The position numbers and the translations under genes are program-made. Of a DNA stretch of 64,000 nucleotides, positions 11,141 to 23,643 are shown one piece after another; positions within the stretch are counted from its first letter, which is position 1, and each line of letters opens with the position of its first letter. Location: the NCBI GenBank assembly GCA_027604505.1, contig JADIIX010000061.1, forward strand, positions 62,001-126,000, read 5' to 3'. The notes under the pieces were generated by a model that made no database searches, had not been told where the DNA came from, and saw only the letters and a program-made list of their open reading frames with translations. This stretch comes from Gonapodya sp. JEL0774. Taxonomy: Eukaryota.

Positions 11141-14100
11141 TCAAAGCTGCCTCAAATCTGGTGACGGGAGGTTTGGTAAGTGCGGTCTCGGTACCCCAAG
11201 TGACGGCAACTGCGGTCCAACTACGACCCCCGAGTCCCAACCGTTACTAAAAGAAGAGCCATTTGAAGCATCTGATGGGTGTGAGCGACCCCCATAACTT
11301 CGTCCGTTCTCCCCAGAATACGCCGGTTCTCCCATATCGAAGTCGTCCTCGTGGTCCCGTAAATCCGCAGTCTTTCCCGGCTCCACCTCGTACTGCCATC
11401 GCCATTTGCGTTCCTCATCATCGGGAAGAACCGGAAGAAAGAAATCCGGTGCAAATAACCCAAGGAACACCATGGCGATCATACTCGCACCAGTAAAAAA
11501 GCCGAAAATGTGAAGTTGTATCGCATCACAAGTGGTTGGTTCAGTCGTGGGATCGAGACATCCATTAAATTTCACGCGGCGAATGAAGTTTTCTATTGAG
11601 AACGAGGACAGCACTACAAGGTCACCGAAGTTTAACATTTGTGTCACTTTTCAATCGTGTGAAGAAGAGTGCAACTCACCGAGGAGAATAGGTGCAGTAA
11701 TAAATCTCAGTACAACACACCACCAAACCGGAAATGCCAGGTTATCGGAAGTGTCAAGAAGGACCCGATTGACATCTTTACGGAATTGATCACAAGTGTA
11801 GAAATTGAGCCAGTACAACTTTGCAACTTCTTGAGAGTATCCGAAATCCGAGGCAGGAGCCTTTGCTTGGAAGTGAGCAGCAAGGAAACCCAAGGCCCCG
11901 GTTATAACACCAGCGACTAACAGATTTTGGATTACTTTGAGAGATGGGGCACTCGACACGAAACAGTGCACAGCTTACTAAGCCCTGTCAGTGGTGTTGA
12001 ACCATAACCCACAACAACTCCGAAAACTGGCGTGAAAATGTACGTCCCGCAATGAATAGAGAACGCCACCCATCCAGTTTGCTCCACAACATCGTTATAT
12101 CGATATAAGTATGCAATGCCGAAACAGTACCTGGTCGGTCTTTCGTCATTCAACAAACAAACCGCACTATTTGCAGCTCAATACACTCACATGTAACCGA
12201 CCACCAGCAACCCAAGTTCGGCAACATAAAGGTCAACTGCCGTGAGTAAATCGAGGCCAAAAGCGGTGCAATACAAAAGTGCTGGAGAAACAAAGGGAGT
12301 GGGATCGAAGTGAATAAAATATGAACAACGTGCACTCTCACAGGTTATGGCCCCAAACAGGCAAAGGCCGGCGAGTATCGCCGGCTTGCCCCATTTTTTG
12401 GCGGCCAGCGGTGCGAGTATCCTCGCATCGTAGAGACTAGTTGCCAAAGTCTCCACGAGTGACCACGCGGAATCCCAGCCAATGAGGAACACCATCAAAA
12501 AGAAGAAGAAACTCCAGGCATTTGCGCCTGGGAGTTGAGAAAGAGCTTGAGGGTACGTAATAAAGCTGGAACCCGTATAAGTAAGTGTTGGGGGACAGTT
12601 ACAGGCAGAGACCGTACCGCCCCGTACGTACCCAACAACGTAACTGCTTAATTTGGTTGTACTTGGTTGAATTCCCAGATACCCTGCAATGCCAAAAGTG
12701 GCAAAAGCACCCAGCACTTCGTAAAGAGAGTTACCCAGTGCCACAATGTATGCCTGAAGACAAGGATCAGACCTTAAACGGAACAAACCGTGCAGTTCGC
12801 GTCACTGACATCTTGCACTGTATTCTGATAGATCGACGTGTAGCTCGCGTAAGCGCTGAACACCCCCTGGCAGATTCCAGTGGAGAAGAACACCTGGCGA
12901 ATATGTCATTTGTTGAGGTGTAACCCCGATATTAACTAAAAGGGGGGTTCTCACCTGTCCTGCAGCGGATGTCCAGACCGAGGTTGTGGCAAGATTTGAG
13001 CTGCGCCATGTTCCTACACGGGAGCCGTCTTCATTATCTCAATTTCTGGCTCCTTAGGTTTGTGCAATGAATACCTATGTAGAGTCTTATTCCATCCCAT
13101 GCGTTGGGAAGGGTCCCAGCGCGAATGATGATGACCACGAGCACTGTTAAGAGTGCAAGATAATAGGCAACGTGGATATAAACACCGACTTTCGATGCAC
13201 TCACTGAGTACCGAAGCAATCATCGTGAACCACGCCACCTTCCCCATGGCTGAAGGTCTGCAGGGGTAACGATGCTCAATTCGGACATTGCAATTATTGC
13301 AACGTAACGCGTGGCTTACCCGCGATATATCGCGAAAAAAATGGCGACCCAGACGATCAGCGTGACTCCGTATATGGAACCATTGACCGCAGTGATACCG
13401 TTGTCTCCTCCCGCGATAGACCTGTACCCGATCACATCGTCATAGAAAAAGGCACGAATTGAGGCTGTGGTATCTCCATTTAAGGTCCAGGGTAAAGGGG
13501 AGACGAATGATTTGAACTTTGTCATTGGGAACATGAGAAACGACACTTCCCGAGAAAACATCAACCTGGAGATATTCTTACCAGGTACATTAGACAATAT
13601 GAAATGAGGACGTTGTAAAAGGTAACAATAATGTAGGCTGAGAGTTGGGATGCCAAACCCTGACACTCGGTGGTGAGATTGATGCCGAAAGCAGGAAAGT
13701 TCTCCAAATTTTCGGAGCATACCATTCCTCGAAGAGTAGGGTGAAGCCTCCCAAAAGCTGCCACACTACCGGATCGCCCAATCTGCCCTAAGACCATTTC
13801 AAGCCCTAGTAGGGGAATTCCTGAAACGGAGGTTGATTACTTGGAGATGCAGTCACTGAGATGCGCGGAACTCTGACCGAACGTTACCAATGAAGGCGAG
13901 CGATAACCCATATGGAACGAACCACTGAAGGCCAAAGTTTGCCCACACTTGTGAAGGATCTACTCATTGTTTCGTTGAGTAAGTGCAGACCCACAGCCAT
14001 CAGTGTTTACCGCGTTCTTTGAACGTGACTATGACTTACATCGAAGTATATTCCCAAGACCTTGAGCGGGTAGTTGAACGAGTTCAATGCCATTCATTCA

Positions 14101-14311
14101 ACGACTGAAAACTATTATGGACAAACGCATTCGTCGCTCACCAATTGCACTCCCACATGCCGCCTTGTGTGATCCACGCCACGCAATGAAAATGAATGAG
14201 AACGGCGCCTCAACATGACGATCAGAGCCTTCAGAGGCGCTCGTGACCCACCATGAGGTAGGAAGTTCTGTCCGTCCACGCGTCTCTGACCAACGATCGC
14301 TTCCTCTCCAT
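11141..14311 (-). CDS. Sodium:neurotransmitter symporter (NSS/SNF, SLC6) family transporter
   Basis: Spliced N-terminus RDAWTDRTSYLMAACGSAIGLGNILRYPSQ (TM1 signature), then GIPLLGLEMVLGQ and FITYPQALSQLPGANAWSFFFFLMVFLIGWDS. Many short exons; start position approximate. Confidence 0.88.
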
Positions 14312-14647
14312 CGTCACAGAAACGGTAGCGAGTTCGCCACACAATAAACTTGTTTAAGTCGAGCAGATGTTCCACAGCACTCAGTTGGGCTGATGGGAAG
14401 AGTGGGCAAGGTACCACAACCCGCCTCCCCAAGGTCGGTGCCGATTTTCTGGATTAATTCGGAGAAACGGAGAAGAAAACCTGGGAGGCTTTTCTTATCA
14501 AGTTGGGAATCGATGATCTTTTGCAAATATATTGGGTGATGGTTGTCGCGAATGCAGAGCAAGACCTGGAAACATGAGCCTGGCCGGCATGTGTACCGCC
14601 TTTCCGTTGTTTGCGAACTATATTCTCCAATCTCACTATTTCGCTGT

Positions 14648-16328
14648 ATGGCCACCGTCATCGATGCTATCGAGAGCGGAGATCTTGAGGCCGTTCTGAG
14701 AGCACTGGGCGATGGTCGAGAGGCGGGAAGAGCGAGGAAGCGGATCGTCCTCGAGTGCCGGGTGTTGATCTCTAGATACACTCTGCGTCCAGACGAGTTT
14801 AAGGACTTGCAAGACACAGCAGATGGAGAATCTGCTTTGGGTTTGGCGATTTTAACGGGGCGCTCGGAGCTTGTTCGCGCATTATTGGAAGCTGGTGCGT
14901 ATGGAGTGGCAGTGTACTCATATCTCCTTCGACTATTTTTCTCGCGTCAAACCAAGAGTATGTCCCCTTCTCTCCAGGAGCCGATGTTAACTCCGCGATA
15001 TCGTGGAAGATACCGGGTGGAGACGCTCAGTGGACAAAAGAAGTATGGGAAAAACACCGATGGCATATCGTCTATACCGCACCTTCTGCCTTGGATTTTG
15101 CTCTCGGAGGCATCCGAGTGTCATTTCCTGACGGAGTGCTGGCCCAGAAGCAGCAGTCGGAATTCGATGACACTGGTCGACTGTTGATATCAAAGGCGGG
15201 CAGTGTCGTGACCCTTCGTGATCCTTCCAGCCCATCTGCATCTTACCGTAGGGCAACGTTGGTTCCCAATCTGGATATTGTTAGTTTACTCCTCGACTAT
15301 GGTGCGTTTGTAACACAAACATGCCGGGATGCCGCGAAACGATTGAGCGATCGCAGGAGACCGCGCCTTCCGGAATTCGCGGAACTCCTCGCCAATCAAC
15401 AACCAAATGGTTCCGTCCGAGTCAGGAGTAATCGGGATCCATCTGTCAGCTCTGGATCTGGCCTGGTCCCCTCTAGTCGACAGTACGACGAGCCGCGTCG
15501 AGATAGTGATATTGAGAGCCTGAGGAGGGAATTTGCGGCGTTGAAACAGGCTGTAAAAGGACAATCTCCACCGACGGATTATCGCCCTTTGAGTGACCTG
15601 GAACGTCGAGCACTTTCTCTAGCCGAACGGGAAAGGGACCAGTATCGCACAGAACTTGCGGCCGCTGAACAGGACCGGGAGCAACTTCGTATCGAAAATG
15701 AACAGCTCAGCAGCCTCTATCGTCATCTTTATCGTGAGAACGAGTACTTACGCCAACTCCATGAATCCTCGGAGCCCAGAAGCCATCGTGATCCTCTTCC
15801 TGTGTACCGGCTCTATATTGTCAAAATGAACTTTGAGAAAGAGAGTTCGGAGTGTATCCGCTTAGAGGCGGGGCAACGAGTCTTCTGTTATGCGGAATAT
15901 GAGAATACATGGGGCTGGGTGAGGCTTTGTTTGTGATTTTCCTGGATCAGTGGTGGCTGAACTCGCCTCCCACCCCGTTTCCTGTCCAGGGCACGAATGA
16001 TTCCACCGGCGAAAATGGTTTTTTTCGTCTGTCGCACATTATGGCTCCCCCTCACGCTTTGGACTTTACTCCCCCTGATATCCCTCTCCCGTCCACGGTG
16101 CTTTCCCCCCTGCCCCCACTTTCCGGTACAATCGGGACAAGATCTGGATCGATCCATGTAGTTCCTCCCGCCAGCGGACCCATCCATTTCATGGCGGCCC
16201 CACAGGCGGAATGGAACGGCTCCCCTCCGTTGGACGTTCGTGGGGCTCGTAATTTATTGGTTGGTGGTGTCGGAGCGTCGGATGGCCGAACTGCGCCAAA
16301 GCGATTGAATACAGCGGGTACAATGTGA
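14648..16328 (+). CDS. Ankyrin-repeat / coiled-coil / SH3-like domain protein
   Basis: DGESALGLAILTGRSELVRALLEAGAD and LDIVSLLLDYGA (ankyrin). E/R/L-rich heptads around 15520-15760. SH3-like LYIVKMNFEKESSECIRLEAGQRV...YENTWGW|GTNDSTGENGFFRLSHI after splicing. Confidence 0.75.
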
Positions 16329-16657
16329 GGGTGTTCCCAGTCTGGAGACCTGTTGTGTGGACATCATCGAGAGTCTCCTTACTTGTTTCATATGATTTCG
16401 CATGTATACTCTGTCACGTAGCTGTGAATTTTTGATTTCGTGTTAATTACGTACCGCTTCCTATAATCACAGGGTGGCCAGCAATATCAAGGTAAATCCA
16501 TGATTTGCCTGTCAGAAGTCGGTGGATGTTTAATCTGTGCAAGGCCTATCAATGGCAAGGCCAGCAAGTGGGCACGTTTCAACACTTTTACCGTCCACTG
16601 GCTTTAAAAGCCGCTGCAAATCATGAAAATGCATCATCAGTCAATACTATCACGTAA

Positions 16658-17891
16658 ATGGAGAAACCAACAGTAAGTATCGCTGGGACGGTCATCAACC
16701 TCCATTTGGCTTGTTGCTGGGACGTTCACTCACCACCATTTCGCTTTTCTTTCAGTTGCTCGTATTCGGAGGAACCGGACGACAAGGAGGAGCCACAATC
16801 GACGCACTACTGAAACGCTACGCCGACAAATTCTCCATCCGTACCATTACCAGGCAGGTGGATTCGCCCAAGGCGAGGAAGCTCGCTGCACGTAACGTGG
16901 AGGTCCTTTCGGGGGATACGGAAGATGGGACTGGACTAGAGGAAGCGATGCGGGGCGTTTGGGGTGTGTACTTTGTGACGGATCCACGGGGAAACAAGGG
17001 CGGTCCGGAAGCGGTCGCCAAGCAAGTGAGTTGAAAGCTGGTTGGGTTGATGCCGGGCATGTATATTGGCGCTAACAAGTTCTTGGATACTGTTTCAGGG
17101 TATCAATGTGGTGGAACTCGCTTTCCGAGCTGGAGTCTCGTATTTTGTCTTCTCTTCGATCGCGGCCGTTGATATGGAGGAGTCAAAGTTCGTATCTATT
17201 GCAATTTGGTCTTTGCGAAGCACAATCTGACAATTTTCCTTTGATTTCCAGAACCGTGCCCCACATTTCGTGCAAGTTACCCATCGAGAACGCAGTCACG
17301 TCCAAGGCGTGGCCAGTAGGATTCAGTATAATTCGACCTGCCGGCTTTTTCGACAGCCTGGTCATGCAAGGCCCACTAAAGCGAGGCGCTTTAACCTTTC
17401 TCACCCCTCCCAACCTCAAAGTGAAGTTTGTCTCACTGGAGGACATTGGCTTGTTTTCGGCTATGGCTTTCGGTATGGTGGACGAGTTTAATGGCAAGAA
17501 GCTGGAGCTGGCCGGGGACGATGTGTCAGGAGAAGATATGGCGACTATTCTCTCCGAGCTTACTGCAGAACCCTGGTCCTACACGCAACTACCGTCGTGG
17601 CTCCTCAATTTGATTTCCCGGGACCTTTATGCGATGATCATGGCTTTTGACCACACGATGCCCAAACTTGAAGTGAGCTCAAATGCCTTGGGCTATGCTC
17701 TGCTGGACTTCTTTGACCTTCAGTGCACCACTTTTCTTTTTGTAATGTAGATCGACTACGCGACCCTTCGACGTCTGCACCCGAAACTTCAGTCGTTCCG
17801 AGACTGGTGTGTGGCAATCGGTATTGGGAAACAAGGGGAAGGAGAGTATGTGTATGCGAGAACGTGGTCACAGTGGTTGTTTGGACATTGA
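16658..17891 (+). CDS. NmrA-like NAD(P)-binding atypical SDR protein
   Basis: LVFGGTGRQGGATIDAL, AMRGVWGVYFVT, VPHISCKLPIE, IIRPAGFFD, VSLEDIG, LELAGD. Last exon IDYATLRRLHPKLQSFRDW...GH* ends at 17891. Confidence 0.88.
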
Positions 17892-18038
17892 TTTGTTCGA
17901 CAAACTAATAGATATAGAATTTGTATGGATAAGAATACTTATTTATTGCATTTTATTTCCGTGGTGCTGTTCCCCGTTCGTTCACCGTTTAGCGGGCGTC
18001 ATTTTGACATGATTGCATAGAAGGGAGAACTCAAGAGG

Positions 18039-21000
18039 TTGAACAGCGCTAAAGAAGAATCGGGAAAAGCAAGGGAAGGAGAACAGAAACGAAGGGCAGC
18101 GAGAGAGCGCGAGATAATGAAGGCATCGGGCATGAACAGTGGCTGGGAGAGGGGATTGAAGGAACGGGACGGGGGGAAAACCCAAGAATGGCGCGGAGAG
18201 CAAGAAATTCATGCGCAAATCTCGATCGTGGAGAGCAGACGAAAAAGCAACGGAATAGAGAAGCGAGCACGGGTGGGAGAAGCGGGACCTTCCACGACAT
18301 CGTTACCGTCACCGTCACCAATGACTCCACCACCCGTAAGCGTGCTCGTATCACCTTGCAGTTCATACCCGCCAGCCGTACCCGCTGGTCTGGCTCCTGC
18401 GCCGCCACTCGTTTCCCGACAACTGCCACTGAGTCCCAAGACCACGCACGAACTCGCCACGCATTGTGTGGACTCGTTGCTCTCTCCACATCTGGTACAT
18501 GGAGTGGATGGTGGCACTGAGCCTGGCGGTGCGTTGTGCGGGGGAGTGACAGGAACAACAAACGGAAGCACCTTGGTGGATGGCGGGCGTTGGGCACCAC
18601 TGGTACCACCGGTACCACTAGCGTTATTCCGCGCAGGTGCTTGTACAGGTGCACAGGTCGAGCAAAAAGACAACGCCAATGAAAAGTCGCAAATCGCACG
18701 ACGATCTCACGCCAAACTCCTTCACGGGACTGAGCTGGGAGGGAGAGGGGAGACACTTGAGGGGGGGATGATAATAGAAGTTGTGGAGAGCAAAGAACAT
18801 CAAGGAAATGAGGAGATATTAATGTGGCAGTTGGACGTGGGAACTTTGGGAGGTGACCAAACGTTACTCCCTTCGACACCAGATGTACCTCCCTCGCCGA
18901 AGCCCACACCATTACCTGCTCCACCCACGACACTCCCTCAGCGCACTCCTTCCCTGACTTTACCTCTTCCTCCACACCTTGACCCTGCAACTTGGACCTA
19001 CTATCTTATCCGATCTTGCCAATTCAACATCCCCCGTTCCTCTGTCTTCCTCTCTCTCATCGACCACTCCGCCTTCTCTTTCCCTCTTAATCCCCTCTGC
19101 CTAGTCAAACTTCGCGCAATTATCTTAAGATCGAGAATTGCTCACGACCAAGACGCCCATTCCCGATCCTATGACCCACCTCTCGTTAATCTCGGCCGAG
19201 AGCGTCATTGCGGGGCTGTGTGCACCAGTCAGGCCTTGAGGCAGGACGATGAGACAGAGCAAGTCGGACAGACACCCACTACCTTTGCCACCCGATCCTT
19301 GAACTCCCATTTTGAGCTCACTTCCTCCATGACCAGGCACGCCGGTTTCCCCAAACACGACTCCAAACTCGATATCCACCTACATCCCACTTCTCCTTCT
19401 CCTCCGCCTGCTCCTCTCCCACTTTCATTACACCCTTCAACCCGCGCCCTCCTACTCGCCCTCCTCCCCATGTACGTCCTCCCCCTCCTCAGATCCCACT
19501 TGCCACCCACGAGAACGATATGGGACGCGAAGAGGGATGTGAAGAGCTGGGGTATAGAGATGCTAAGGTGTGGAGATGAAGTTAGGAATGTCGAAAAGGA
19601 GGTACGAGAGGTTGGAGCGAAGGAGAGGGAATGGCGGGTATCATGTGGAAAAGTCATGCAGCAAGGAGCGCGAAAAGGAAGACAGGCAGACGCAGAAGTG
19701 AAAATCGTTATCAATTCTGAAGTGGCAATGAAGGTGGACACCAAAATGGAACTTGGGATGGGAATGAGAACCGAGATGGTCAAACAGCGAGTGTCAGAGG
19801 TGTCATTGGACATCCGAATGAAGGCCGTGGGTCATCACCTTGAGCAAAAAGTAGGCACCCGATCCACACCGACGCCTTCAGCTGAACCGGATCAGACGCC
19901 AGCCAGGCCAGCTCCTAACCTGCAAACGCATTTGCATACACCACTGGATCCCCGGACGCACCCAAGACTATCGGCTAGCCCTACGACCCTCAGGACCCAT
20001 GCCTGCCGCCCCAATGCAGCAGGAGAGCTACTTGTGAACAACGAGCAGGGCCTCGTGACCTTTGAGAGCGTTGACGAAGCTGAGGTCCCACCCGATTTTG
20101 ATCGTTCGTGGCACGGTGGAAGGAGGACTGGTGGTGGGGCAGTGGGTGGGTGGAGGACGTGGGTGAATAGACATGAAGATGAGATCGTGGACGATGATTT
20201 GGAAGTAAACACAAGCCAAAGGCTAAGAAAGGAGGAAGAATTGGGGCTCACGGGGGAATCGGAGGCACATCACCCTGAACACACCAACCACGCACCACAC
20301 ACAGAGCACACGTACTACGAACAGTCAGCACCACCCCCTCCCACAATAATAAGTGCACTACCGTTGCACGAGCACGAACAGGAGCCAGCGGAACGTCACG
20401 AAGACAATATTGTGCATGCTCACTCGCTGACTCCCATTCTATTCGCCATGGTAAATACAAAGGCGGACGGGACGAAGACTCAGATACGCCACCAACAACG
20501 GCAACAGCCAACGCAACAACCGCACCACTCAAACACTGACACCCAGACCCCCGTCGTCAACGCCGTTGTCGTATCAGAAACTTCTTCACATGTGTGCCGA
20601 CTACGGAGTGCACATTCACCACGTCGTTTCTCCCCACCATACGCAGACCCACTGACACCAACCGAACATCCCAAGCTCACGCAGATCCCCGCCTCCACCG
20701 TCGCCGTGGCCTCAGCTCGTGCGCACTTGTTTCTGTCGCACGGATCGATCGGCTTGGACACGTTGGACAGTTCGGCAATGAGAGCACAACCCCTCATGGC
20801 CAGGATACACACCGGTGCCGGGGCTCAGTTGCGAAAGTGCGCACGCATCGATAAGCCACTAACACCACTCACACCGCCTCTCCATACGCAAATTTGGTCA
20901 ATTGGAAGGGACGGCGAGGAGATTGCTTCTCAGCATGCGAAACACTCACCAGATCTTGGCACCCTCCCGTCATCCCAAGAGCTCTTTTCGCGCGCTGAGA

Positions 21001-23219
21001 CCCTCCCCGACATTCTTGGATCACCGTCACCATCGACTCTCACACTTGTATCATTCCCAACACCACCGTCACCAGAGCGGGAATGTCGAGACATTCGCAA
21101 AGTTGAGGAGTCGTGTTCGCGGGCGGAGGAGTATTCGGAAGCAGACAAAAAGTCGAGGTGGATGATGGCTATGGACTCGGCGGGTGGGAGCGACACCTGC
21201 AGCACGCGGCCCGTTACCCCCGTTCTCGCCAAAGCCAGATCCTATCCCGTGGCACGCCACAATCCGTTTCTTGCTCCTCGCAAAGCACTTCTTGTTCCCC
21301 GACCACATCCCATCGTAGTTGACCGATTGGGACCGAGGGCGGTGGGTGGGTGGTTTGGTGTTGCCGAGGATGGGGACGTAGAAGAAGAAGAAGTTGCTAT
21401 CAGTGAAATGTGGTATGGGCGGCTTGAGTGGGATGGTGAGGGGGGCGAAGTAGAGGGAGGGAAGGGTGAGGAGGAAGTCAGGCTTGAGGAGCACGGGGCT
21501 TGCGGTGGTTCTGGCATCCGATTTGATGGTGTGGAAGATGGTCAAGTGACGGAAATTGGCGAGGAGGACTTCGAAGGGCTACCTCCTTTACCACGTCGAG
21601 GCCCTGCAGCAGGATGGATTGGTGAAGTCGGTGAATGGCAGGAAGACGGGGCTGCTTGGGTTGTGGGCTGGAGTGGCGGTGTGGGGGGTGTAGTGGAGCA
21701 GATATTGGAGGAGGATGCGAATGCGAGATGTGGGAGAGCGAATCGGACTTCGCAGGGACAAGGAGGTGCGTGGGTAGGAGAAGGTTCCGAGGATTGGCGC
21801 CGTCGGACTGGTGGCGGTGGTGAATTTATGGAGGAGATACGACAGATAGAAGACGAGGTGGTTGAGTCTATGTTGGTGAGTATGAAATGTGGTGCAGTTC
21901 GTGGTGAGGTCGGGTAGCTCAGCATGGCTCTCCAACCTCCTCACCCCATGTAGAACCGCACGCTTGCTGATCTTGCTCTCTCAACGTGCCGGGCTGTTGC
22001 TACACCTGTTCCTCCTTCTGCCCCTTTGTCGTGTTCTGCGTCGGCTTCCAATCCATCTCCTCCGCTCCCTCCCTCCATCGTTGCCTCTGCTCCACCACCG
22101 AGTGCACCAGAATCAAGCGAGCTAACGGTTTCCCGGAATTGGATCGCGCCAGCGAAGGCGCGGGGTACCACTTCTGCTCGTGCGAGGAGGCAGAGGTGTG
22201 TTGGAGGAAATGTCGGAAGGGTGGTAAATGGTGGCGGTGAGGTTGACCTGTCAATGGTGGAAGGGGGAAGGGACAGCGGTAAAAAAGATGTGAATGACAC
22301 CGGAGATCTCGATGGCATGGTGAACGTCGATCTAGAGGATTGGGTGTTCAGAAGTGATGGTGGCTCGCGCGAGCATGGTGGCGGGGATATAGAGATGGAT
22401 TGCGAACAAGCGTCAAGCACACCATTGGCAGCAACAGTTGTACTGCCATCCATTTCATCTTCACCTGAGCCTTGCACTTCTCCATCCACGACTGTACGCC
22501 ATATGAGTCCAACCTCCGAGACTTGTGAGACGGGCGGACCTCAGTGTCTTACAGTGGAACAACGTGAAGGGCTCGAAGCACTATTGGAGTGGTTAGAGCA
22601 ACATATGACGGAACGGAGAAGCAGCGAGAGAGCCAAGCGTTGTTTGGAGGACAATGGCAGGGAATCCTTGTTGCTTACCGAAGACTCGGAGGATGGGTAT
22701 ACACGATTCGCACCTTTACTCTCCGAGAGCTTTGTTGGCACCCTCTGCATTGCGCCACCGCCCCCATCAACGTACACGGCACTCCACACTCGTTTGACAA
22801 GCCTCGCGTCTCAGCTGCCACCGCTTCGGCGATCTTTTCTGGCGACCAAAGCGGAGTTTCGGCGAGCACAGGGACATTTGGAGGCACTTGAGAGGGACTA
22901 TGAGGATAAGAAGGCGAGAGAGAAGGGGGCAGTCAAAGAGAGGAGGGAGAAGGGCAAATTTAGTAGGGCGTGGGGCTTGAGTGGCAAAGGGATCCCAGGG
23001 AGAGGATTAAATGGGCGGGTTGGTGGCTGGGACGGGGAAAGGGAGGAATTGAGTGGAGGGAATGGGACTGGCGGGGAAGGAGGAACGAGGTTGGGAAAGG
23101 GCAGATATGCGGAGTGGGGGAAGAGAAGGAGGCTAGATCATGCCGCGATGGTGATTGTTGTGGATGATCTGGAGGATGGAGAGCTGATGGAAGATGCGGA
23201 CCGCCCCTTGGTGGCATGA
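18039..23219 (+). CDS. Large low-complexity hypothetical protein (~1700 aa, two exons), true start uncertain
   Basis: ORF 18039-21917 and ORF 22026-23219 are joined in frame by a phase-0 intron GTGAGT(21876)...TAG(21953). Contains Pro-rich, acidic/Gly-rich and coiled-coil stretches. No domain recognised. Confidence 0.6.
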
Positions 23220-23643
23220 TGAGTTGGTTGCATCATCTTGAGTAGGTGCGAGCACCACTGCTCGCAACAAACATGCAATCAATTTCCGTGGGAACAGAGG
23301 GAAGGACTGATCTGCTCTATTGCGCTGTACGCACGCTACTGTTGCATCAATTCCTGCATAACACGCTACCATTGCATCGCTTCTTGTGAAGGGGTTGACC
23401 CTGCATGACATTTATCGTTCTATTCACTGCGTTAGAGAGTGCAAACAGGGTAGTTAACTTTTTTTTTTTGATTACTACATGCCATGTATTCTAGTTGTAC
23501 GTAAATATAATGTGGACTGAACGTTTGAGTCAAGTGCTCTCATTCTATTCCAGAACCTTCCTTTAATCTAAAACAAAATCGAAATATCTGGACAAACCGC
23601 CTCCGTTTCAAAAACTCATCCATAGAGTAGAGTAATCTTGTGT

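Noticed and set aside
18049..18990. 313-aa minus-strand ORF, and other long antisense ORFs such as 54825-55664, 35040-35975 and 46111-46701
   Set aside because: They lie opposite better-supported genes in GC-rich low-complexity sequence and have no recognisable motifs; they are shadow ORFs.
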